NCBI GenBank assembly: GCA_937903315.1
Contig: CALCZO010000299.1
Location: forward strand, 1-40,231
DNA length: 40,231 bases
Direction: 5' to 3'
From: an uncultured Alphaproteobacteria bacterium
GTDB taxonomy: Bacteria; Pseudomonadota; Alphaproteobacteria; Rhizobiales; Beijerinckiaceae
The notes under the pieces are model-generated. The model searched no databases, was not told the DNA's origin, and saw only the letters and a program-made list of their open reading frames with translations. Of this stretch, positions 34,115 through 40,231 are shown piece after piece. The translations under genes and the position numbers were made by a program. Within the stretch, counting starts at the first letter, position 1, and each line of letters opens with the position of its first letter.

Positions 34115-34906
34115 TCAGCCGCGGAAGGCCTGGGTCGTCGCGTTCAGCATCTGGTCGGCGGCGGAGATGACCTTGGCGTTCATCTCGTAGGCGCGCTGGG
34201 CGGCGATCAGGGACGAGATTTCGGTGACGGCGTTGACATTGGCTTCCTCGAGATAGCCCTGTTGCAGGCTGCCGTAGCCTTCCGCGCCGGGGTTGCCGGT
34301 CAGGGCTGGGCCGGACCCTTGGGTTTCGATGAACAGGTTGTCACCGATCGATTCGAGGCCGGTCTTGTTGATGAACCGCGCCAGCTGGATCTGTCCAAGC
34401 TGCTGGGGCGCCACCTGTCCGGGGATCGAGGCGCTGACGACGCCTTGGGCATTGATGCTGACACTCGAGGCATTGTTCGGCACGGTGATGGCCGGATCGA
34501 CGAGATAACCCTCGGTTGTCACAAGCCGTCCGTCGGCATCGAGTTCGAAGCCGCCATCGCGGGTGTAGCCGGTCCGGCCATCCGGCATCTGGACGCGGAA
34601 ATAGCCCTCGCCGCGGATGGCAAGATCGTAGCTTTTCTCGGTGGGCGTCAGGTTGCCTTGCCCCATGATCCGGGGTGTCGAGGCCGATTTGACACCTGAA
34701 CCGACGTAGATTCCCGCCGGAATCGTGGTGCCCTGATCCGAACTCGGCGACCCGGCGCGGCGCTGGGTCTCATAGAGCAGATCCTGAAAATGCACGCGCT
34801 GGCGCTTGAAGCCGGTGGTGCGCATGTTGGCGACGTTGTTGGAGATGACCTGAACGTTCAGTTCCTGGGCCATCATGCCGGTGGCGGCGGTTTGCAGGGC
34901 ACGCAT
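34115..34906 (-). CDS. flgG: Flagellar distal rod protein FlgG
   Basis: The peptide starts MRALQTAATGMMAQELNVQVISNNVANMRTTGFKRQR and ends LIAAQRAYEMNAKVISAADQMLN. It is 263 aa. Confidence 0.92.
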   Translation of the reverse strand: MRALQTAATGMMAQELNVQVISNNVANMRTTGFKRQRVHFQDLLYETQRRAGSPSSDQGTTIPAGIYVGSGVKSASTPRIMGQGNLTPTEKSYDLAIRGEGYFRVQMPDGRTGYTRDGGFELDADGRLVTTEGYLVDPAITVPNNASSVSINAQGVVSASIPGQVAPQQLGQIQLARFINKTGLESIGDNLFIETQGSGPALTGNPGAEGYGSLQQGYLEEANVNAVTEISSLIAAQRAYEMNAKVISAADQMLNATTQAFRG

Positions 34907-34909
34907 GGA

Positions 34910-35650
34910 TCAGTTCACCTCGGCAAGGCGCGACAGCGTCGCGCGGCGCAGTTCGTCGGTTTTCTGCATCGTCTGGGTCAGGCTGGTGTAGGCGCGGGTG
35001 ATCTCGATCATCCGCGCGATCTCGGCGACGCCGTTGACGTTGGAGCGTTCGAGCGCACCGGGCTCCAGCCGCACGTCAGGATCGGCCGGGCGGGCGGGTG
35101 TGGCGCTGGCGAACAGGTTCTTGCCCTCATTGGCAAGGTCCTGCGGCTTGTCGAAGGTCATCAGGCGCAAGGTGCCGCGCACGCCCTGCGCAGTGGAGAC
35201 CGTTCCGGTCGCGGCGATGGTGATCTCCCCGTCGGCGGCGTTGAAGCTCAGCGGCCCCTGTTGCGAGAGCACGGGATAGCCGTCCGATGTCACCAGATCG
35301 CCGCGCTCATTGAGCGAGAGCGCTCCGTTGCGGGTGTAGCGTTCGCCCTGCGGCGTCATTACCGCGAGAAACCCCGGGCCGCGGATGGCGACATCGAGCG
35401 GGTTGCCGGTCTTTTCTACAGCGCCGGCGGATGTGTCGAGTGTGCTCGCATTTTCAATGACATATGAGATGCGCTGGCTGCCCTGCGGCGCGGCGTTGGC
35501 GCGGGCGACCGGCATTACATGCTCGGAAAAGGCACCCGTCCGGCGCTTGAACCCGTTGGTCATCAGGTTGGCGACGTTGTTGGCGACCACATCCAGCTCG
35601 CGCTTGAGCACGACCTGCCGGGACAATCCGATCAACTGGGTGTTGTTCAT
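34910..35650 (-). CDS. flgF: Flagellar proximal rod protein FlgF
   Basis: The peptide MNNTQLIGLSRQVVLKRELDVVANNVANLMTNGFKRR fits FlgF. The ATG at 35650 has a GAGGAA SD. The track extension to TTG 35722 would swallow the promoter. Confidence 0.88.
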   Translation of the reverse strand: MNNTQLIGLSRQVVLKRELDVVANNVANLMTNGFKRRTGAFSEHVMPVARANAAPQGSQRISYVIENASTLDTSAGAVEKTGNPLDVAIRGPGFLAVMTPQGERYTRNGALSLNERGDLVTSDGYPVLSQQGPLSFNAADGEITIAATGTVSTAQGVRGTLRLMTFDKPQDLANEGKNLFASATPARPADPDVRLEPGALERSNVNGVAEIARMIEITRAYTSLTQTMQKTDELRRATLSRLAEVN

Positions 35651-35680
35651 GGCGCTGTTCCTCTGCGATGCCTGAACAGC

Positions 35681-35696
35681 AACAAGTCCCGTGCCA
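35681..35696 (-). promoter_or_regulatory. Sigma-54-type promoter TGGCAC-N5-TTGT upstream of flgF
   Basis: The minus strand reads GATTGGCACGGGACTTGTTGC, 30 nt upstream of the flgF ATG. An AT-rich IHF-like segment (TTTCAATGACTTA, 35726-35738) lies between it and the dyad at 35780-35808. Confidence 0.55.
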
Positions 35697-35779
35697 ATCG
35701 TGATTGGGAAAAATGTGAACAATATTTCAATGACTTATTATGTCGCCTGGCGGCGCTCGTCCAGCCTGTGCGGGCGGCT

Positions 35780-35808
35780 CTTGCCGGTCTTGGGCAGGAA
35801 TTGCCGGG
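35780..35808. promoter_or_regulatory. Candidate enhancer: dyad CTTGCCGGTCTTGGGCAGG plus a repeated TTGCCGG(G)
   Basis: It contains a TGCC-N7-GGCA dyad and a direct repeat of TTGCCGG 20 nt apart. It lies 85-115 bp upstream of the flgF -24 element. A related CGGCAAG-containing dyad (CGGCAAGAACAGCCG) lies upstream of flgI at 31309-31323. Confidence 0.35.
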
Positions 35809-35890
35809 TGCGAAGGGGTTCGTAAACGATTTCGTAACCTAAACTTCAGAGAGTGCTAATCGATAATGCAACCCAAGATAGAGTTCCGTC

Positions 35891-36361
35891 ATGGCCAAGG
35901 GCAAGACCGAGGAGCCGTCCGACAAGGAGGCCCCCAAGTCCAAGAAGATGCTGATGATCGGCGTGGCTGTCGCGGTGCTCGCGGCGGGCGGGGGCGGCTT
36001 CTTCTTTTACAAGTCGAAGAAGGCGGCTGCGGCCAAGGACGTCAAGAAGGTGGCGGTGTTTCTCGATCTGCCAGAGATGACCGTCAACCTCGCCGTGCCG
36101 CCCGGACAGGAGCGCCAGTCGTTCCTGCGGCTCAAGGTCTCGCTCGAACTGGCCGACCAGAAAACGCTGACCGAGGTGCAGCCGGTGATGCCGCGGATTC
36201 TCGATAACTTCCAGATTTTCCTCAGGGAAATGAAGGCCAGCGACCTTGAGGGGTCGGCCGGCTTCTACCGTCTGAAAGAGGAGCTGGTCCGTCGCACCAA
36301 CGCTGCCGTGCATCCGGCGCGGGTCGAGGCGGTGCTGTTCAAGGACGTTCTGGTTCAGTGA
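35891..36361 (+). CDS. fliL: Flagellar basal body-associated protein FliL
   Basis: A Lys-rich N-terminus and a single TM helix (MLMIGVAVAVLAAGGGGFFFY) are followed by FLDLPEMTVNL...FLRLKVSLEL...RILDNFQIFLREM, the FliL pattern. Confidence 0.88.
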   Translation: MAKGKTEEPSDKEAPKSKKMLMIGVAVAVLAAGGGGFFFYKSKKAAAAKDVKKVAVFLDLPEMTVNLAVPPGQERQSFLRLKVSLELADQKTLTEVQPVMPRILDNFQIFLREMKASDLEGSAGFYRLKEELVRRTNAAVHPARVEAVLFKDVLVQ

Positions 36362-36368
36362 GGGTGGC

Positions 36369-37346
36369 ATGAGCATTTCAGGTGGCAATGCTGTGATGGC
36401 GGCGCAGGTTGACGTTCTGGCTCCCGACGAGGCGATGCCGGTGGCGGCCGCGCCGGACGGCATCGAGGGGCTGATCCAGCCGGTGCGCCCCGGCCCGTTG
36501 CGCTTGCCGCTGATGGAGCGGCTGGTCGACCGCTGGCCGGGGGTGGCCAGTGAACGTCTCGCCAAGGCCTGGGGCATTTCGCTTGATCTGGCGCGCGGAC
36601 CGATGCGCGCGACGCTGGCGAGCGAGTTTGTCGATTCACTCGACGCAAACGCCATTGTCGCGCAGTTCGATGCGCCGAACGGACCGAATTCGGGCTTTCT
36701 CGCCATTGAACGACCGGCGGTGTTCATGATGGTCGATGCCGTGCTGGGCGGGGCCGGAAAGCCACCGCCCGAAGCGGCGATGCACCGGCCGCTGACGCTG
36801 ATCGAACTCAGCCTGATGCAGCCGGTGGCGACCCATCTGATGACCGCGTTGACCGGCTGCCTCGAACCTGCTGGCAAGCTCGTCTTGCGCTTCCGGGCGT
36901 GGGGGCAGGGCGCGAACGGTCCTGTCTCGGCACCGGCGGGCGGCGTGCTGGTGCTGCCCCTGACGCTGGGATGGCGCGGGCGTGAGGCGCGGCTGTCGCT
37001 CGCGCTGTCGCTGGCGGCGCTCGAGCCGATGCTGCCTCATCTCGGTGGGGTCTATCCCGGCGCGGCGCTCGGCGGCGACGGGGTGTGGCGCAGCCATCTT
37101 GCCCGCGAGATCGGGCGGGCCCGTACGCGCCTGACCGCCGTGCTGGCCGAAGCGGAGATGCCGCTCGCCCGGGTGCGGGCGCTGGCTGTGGGCGAAACGC
37201 TGATGTTCGACGTTCCGTCCGATCCGGTTGTCAGTCTGCGGGCCGGTCCGCTGTCGCTGGCCAGCGGCAGGCTGGGGCGCGCGAACGGGCGGGTGGCCGT
37301 GCGGCTCGATACGCCGGTCGCGGTGACCACGGGAGGCATGCGATGA
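36369..37346 (+). CDS. fliM: Flagellar motor switch protein FliM (alphaproteobacterial short form)
   Basis: Its position after fliL, the LERLVDRW/ERLAKAW-type N-domain and a C-terminal SpoA-like segment (VRALAVGETLMFDVPSDPVVSLRAGPLSLASGRLGRANGRVAVRL) support the call. Confidence 0.75.
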   Translation: MSISGGNAVMAAQVDVLAPDEAMPVAAAPDGIEGLIQPVRPGPLRLPLMERLVDRWPGVASERLAKAWGISLDLARGPMRATLASEFVDSLDANAIVAQFDAPNGPNSGFLAIERPAVFMMVDAVLGGAGKPPPEAAMHRPLTLIELSLMQPVATHLMTALTGCLEPAGKLVLRFRAWGQGANGPVSAPAGGVLVLPLTLGWRGREARLSLALSLAALEPMLPHLGGVYPGAALGGDGVWRSHLAREIGRARTRLTAVLAEAEMPLARVRALAVGETLMFDVPSDPVVSLRAGPLSLASGRLGRANGRVAVRLDTPVAVTTGGMR

Positions 37347-37690
37347 CGACGACCTTTGCCTTTGCGCTCGAGGCGTTCGTCGCGATCCTGCTGATCGTGA
37401 CCGTGGGCACCTCGATGAAGCTGGAGCGGCGGCTCGCACAGTTGCGGCTCAACGAAGCGGAAATGCGCAAGACGGTGCAGGATCTGGCCGCAGCGAGCGA
37501 ACGGGCCGAGCGGGCGCTCGATACGATGCGGGCCGCGATCCATGAGGCGGATTCAGCGCTGGCGGACCGGCTCAGCGCGGCGGACCGGCAATCGCAGGAC
37601 CTCAGCCGCAAGATGCGCGAGGGTAGCGAGATCGTCCAGCGCATCAGCCTGATCGTCGCTGCCGGCAAGTCGATGAAGGCCGAGGCGTGA
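37343..37690 (+). CDS. Small TM plus coiled-coil protein of unknown function (115 aa), flagellar cluster
   Basis: Its ATG overlaps the fliM stop (ATGA). It has an N-terminal TM helix (FAFALEAFVAILLIVTVGT) followed by a coiled coil. It resembles the uncharacterised alphaproteobacterial family usually found between fliM and motE. Confidence 0.6.
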   Translation: MTTTFAFALEAFVAILLIVTVGTSMKLERRLAQLRLNEAEMRKTVQDLAAASERAERALDTMRAAIHEADSALADRLSAADRQSQDLSRKMREGSEIVQRISLIVAAGKSMKAEA

Positions 37691-38544
37691 CCGCCGGCGG
37701 TTTTCCAAGACCGCGGATCGTGCCCGTGCTGATTGTGGCCGGGCTATGCCTTTTTGCGCTCAAGTTGCTCGGCCTGGCCACCCGTGGTGGCTATCTCATC
37801 GCGCCGACGATCCCTTCGCTGGTGCAATCGCTGCCGCGACCGTCCGCGCCGCTGCCAGCGGGGCCGGGCGGACCCGCGCTTGATGACATCACCGGATCGG
37901 TGCCGCCGAAAGCCGACAAGGGTGCTGAAAAGGGAACCGACAAGAGCGCTGACAAGGCCGGTGCCAAGGCCGGCGCCCAACCGCCAGCCACCAAGGACAA
38001 GCCGGCATCCGAGCCGGCCGCCCAGCCCGTGCCGCCACCAACGGCAGCCGAGATCGAGGTGCTGGAAAAGCTGGCACAGCGGCGGCGACAGCTTGAGGAC
38101 CGGGCCAAGGAACTGGAATTGCGCGAGGCGATGCTGAAAACGGCGGAAAAGACGCTTGAGGCCAAGGCGTCGGGGCTCAGACCGACAGCCGCCGCCGAGA
38201 CCGAAGGCAAGCAGGCGGCCGCCGCAGCGGCCCAGCCGCTCAAGTCGCTGGTCATCATGTATGAGGCGATGAAACCGCGTGATGCGGCGCGCGTGTTCGA
38301 GAAGATGGACGCGCGCCTGATGATCACGCTGGCGCGGGCGATCAATCCGCGCAAGCTGGCGGAGATTGTCGCGCAGATGACGCCGGAAACGGCGGAAAAG
38401 CTGACAGCCGGGCTGATGAAGGGCAGTGAGGCCGAACCTGTGTCCGACAAGGGCACGGCCGCCCCGATCACGACCACGCCGGCGCCAGCGGCATCGGTGC
38501 CGGAACTGCCGCGCCTCAAGCAGGCGGCAAAGCCGAAAAGTTGA
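37687..38544 (+). CDS. motE: MotE-like flagellar motility protein (MgtE_N-like domain)
   Basis: Its GTG overlaps the previous stop (GTGA). It has an N-terminal TM helix, a Lys/Ala/Pro-rich linker, a coiled coil and a C-terminal segment (MYEAMKPRDAARVFEKMDARLMITLARAINPRKLAEIVAQMTPETAEKL). Confidence 0.65.
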   Translation: MTAGGFPRPRIVPVLIVAGLCLFALKLLGLATRGGYLIAPTIPSLVQSLPRPSAPLPAGPGGPALDDITGSVPPKADKGAEKGTDKSADKAGAKAGAQPPATKDKPASEPAAQPVPPPTAAEIEVLEKLAQRRRQLEDRAKELELREAMLKTAEKTLEAKASGLRPTAAAETEGKQAAAAAAQPLKSLVIMYEAMKPRDAARVFEKMDARLMITLARAINPRKLAEIVAQMTPETAEKLTAGLMKGSEAEPVSDKGTAAPITTTPAPAASVPELPRLKQAAKPKS

Positions 38545-38665
38545 GTAATCCTATACTTACAATTCAAGGTTACATTCCGTGCGTCGCCGTTCCCGGCGGC
38601 GGATAGGATGCGCGGTCGCGGTGTCGGATTGTCGTCTCGAATGGGTGTGGAGGCGCTGTGTCGCG

Positions 38666-40231
38666 ATGCTGCTCGCGGCGTGCCTTGTGCTGGGCACAGG
38701 GCTGGGGCCGGCTGACGCGCAGAAGGCCCTGTCCGGTACGGTGATTGGCAAGCAGGAGCCGCGCTTTGGCCGGATGATCTTCACATTTCCCGAGCCGGTT
38801 GTGGCGCGGGTCTCGACGCTCGGCGGGGTGATGGTGGTGCTGTTCGACAGGCCGGTCACCATTCCGCTCGACATGCTGTCGCGCCTGCTGCCCGATTATG
38901 TCGGCGCGGCGCGGATGGATCCTGACGGCCGGTCGTTGCGGCTCGCGCTGGTGCAGCCGCTGGTGGCCGATCTCAAGGACGCGGCGGAACAGTTCTATCT
39001 CGATCTGCTGCCTGCCGGCTGGCGCGGCCCGGCGCCGCCGCTGCCGCCCGCCGTCGTCGAGGAACTGGCCCGCCGGGCACGGACGATGCGCGAGACGGTG
39101 CGCGAGATCGAGGCACGCAAGGCTGCTCCGGTCCCCTGGCCGCTTCGGCTGCATGTGGCCGAGACCGAGGAGCGGACGCGGTTGGTGCTGGCGATGCCTC
39201 CCAGGACGACGGCCGTGCTGCACAAGCGCGGACAGGGCGTCGAGGTGGTGTTGAACGGCCCGGTGCTGCTGGAACCGGAGGCGATCCGGTCAGCATTGGC
39301 CGGGCGTGTTGACGGGGTGTCGGTCTATGCCGAGGAGGCCGGCGGGCGGATCGGCTTTGTCGCCCCCGAGGGGCAGAGTGTGGAACTGATCGAGGAGGAC
39401 GGGTTCGTCTATATTGATCTGATCCGCCCACCGCCGCCTGTGCCGCCTGCTGTGGCCGAAGCGGTCGTGTCCGAGCCGGAGCCGATCGCCGGGACGGGCG
39501 GCAAGGCATTGCCGGCCGATCCGACGGCGGAGGCTGCACCGTCGGGCGTTCCTGACATCGTCGGTGGTCCCGTCCGGGTCCTGCTCGAAGCAGCGGGCGA
39601 GGGCGTGGCGATCACCGTATCGCCCGCGCTGCCAGCGGTGGTTTTCGATCGCGGCGGGCTTGTCCACCTCGTGCTTGCCGGGGCCGGACCGGTCACCGTC
39701 GAGGCCAAGGGCGCGGCGCCGGAGAGGCTGGTCGCCAGCCTCGCCCAGTCCGCGCTCGACGAGGCCAGTCTTGTCACGCTGCGACCGTTGACTCCGGGCC
39801 GTCTGGCGGTGGCACGAACGGGCGAGGGCTGGCGGATCACGATCGGCACCGGAGACGCTGCGGCACTGCCGCCACTGGTGTTCGCGCGCGTCGATGCTGC
39901 CAATGGCGAGGGCGCGCTGATGGCCCGCGCGGTGGCTGTTCGACCGGTGACTCTCAGTGAACCCGACCAGACCGGCCTGCCGCTGATCGTGGTGCCCGTC
40001 GGCGGGACCGGGCAGGCGCTGGCCAAACGCCAGCGGTTTGTCGGCCTTGGACTGGTGCCCAGCGCACTGGGCGCGGTGATTGCGCCCGAGGCGGAGGATG
40101 TCCGGGTCGAGGTGTCAGCCGGCGGCATCCGGATCAGCCGGAACGGTGGGCTTGCCCTGTCGGAACGGGTGCGTCCCGCCGCCGAGCGGACGCCCGAACC
40201 CGAACCGCAGTTCGCTGCCGCGCAATGGAAC
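38666..40231 (+). CDS. Large secreted hypothetical protein, 5' partial view (the ORF continues beyond the window)
   Basis: This ORF is not in the supplied track because no stop occurs before the window end. I translated it by hand: MLLAACLVLGTGLGPADA|QKALSGTVIGKQEPRFGRMIFTFPEPV.... It is open and in frame for at least 522 codons to position 40231. Alternative GTG starts are at 38645 and 38579. It follows motE on the same strand. Confidence 0.6.
   Translation, partial: MLLAACLVLGTGLGPADAQKALSGTVIGKQEPRFGRMIFTFPEPVVARVSTLGGVMVVLFDRPVTIPLDMLSRLLPDYVGAARMDPDGRSLRLALVQPLVADLKDAAEQFYLDLLPAGWRGPAPPLPPAVVEELARRARTMRETVREIEARKAAPVPWPLRLHVAETEERTRLVLAMPPRTTAVLHKRGQGVEVVLNGPVLLEPEAIRSALAGRVDGVSVYAEEAGGRIGFVAPEGQSVELIEEDGFVYIDLIRPPPPVPPAVAEAVVSEPEPIAGTGGKALPADPTAEAAPSGVPDIVGGPVRVLLEAAGEGVAITVSPALPAVVFDRGGLVHLVLAGAGPVTVEAKGAAPERLVASLAQSALDEASLVTLRPLTPGRLAVARTGEGWRITIGTGDAAALPPLVFARVDAANGEGALMARAVAVRPVTLSEPDQTGLPLIVVPVGGTGQALAKRQRFVGLGLVPSALGAVIAPEAEDVRVEVSAGGIRISRNGGLALSERVRPAAERTPEPEPQFAAAQWN

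Noticed and set aside
35790-35805. A sigma-54-like sequence, TGGGCAGGAATTGCC, on the plus strand upstream of fliL
   Set aside because: GG to GC spacing is one base short of the strict GG-N10-GC requirement. I reinterpreted it as part of the enhancer-like dyad and repeat for the divergent flgF promoter.
35846-36877. A 343-aa minus-strand ORF
   Set aside because: It is antisense to fliL and the 5' part of fliM, both of which have strong family signatures.
1-40231. A search for mobile elements, CRISPR arrays, tRNA/rRNA genes, prophage or defence-system hallmarks
   Set aside because: I recognised no transposase, integrase or recombinase motifs, no regularly spaced direct repeats, and no tRNA-like or rRNA-like segments. 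Composition appears uniform apart from short AT-rich intergenic promoter regions.

Overview
A high-GC (roughly two-thirds G+C by eye) chromosomal segment that looks alphaproteobacterial, probably Hyphomicrobiales/Rhizobiales-like. I saw no transposase, integrase, CRISPR array, rRNA or tRNA, so this looks like core chromosome rather than an island.

Gene content, left to right:
- 21-3339: an XRE/cupin regulator and an AmmeMemoRadiSam triad. The radical SAM enzyme is divergent from a single fused Memo-like + AMMECR1-like ORF.
- 3343-6700: a TPP-riboswitch-led thiM-thiE-thiD operon that ends in a tightly coupled orphan TRAP-type solute-binding protein.
- 6739-8110: a DMT/EamA permease and a small unknown ORF.
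- 8240-12399: an Mla/MCE-like ABC system. It has a STAS-fused permease, an ATPase, a long MlaD-like protein, a PqiC-like lipoprotein and a coupled zinc-ribbon membrane miniprotein.
- 12489-17474: a ~1660-aa membrane-anchored helical-repeat protein resembling the Rhizobiales growth-pole-ring protein GPR/RgsE. It contains a perfect in-frame 120-bp tandem duplication and has a perfect CtrA-type box upstream.
- 17743-24019: a stand-alone Hpt protein, a 2Fe-2S ferredoxin, an MFS permease, a Usp protein, a small membrane protein, a SixA-like phosphatase and a YcjX/YcjF pair.
- 24100-40231: a Caulobacter/Rhizobiales-style flagellar regulon. It comprises flgE-flgK-flgL; flaF, an unknown ORF, a flgJ-like gene and flgI on the minus strand; fliX; dksA; flgH-flgA-flgG-flgF on the minus strand; fliL-fliM, an unknown ORF and a motE-like gene; and a large secreted ORF that runs off the window.

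Three mutually similar sigma-54-type promoters and candidate enhancer dyads are visible upstream of flgE, flgI and flgF.

Start codons were refined by hand from the ORF track, using Shine-Dalgarno position, ATGA/TGATG overlaps and signal peptides. All family assignments come from motif recognition by eye, not from database searches.
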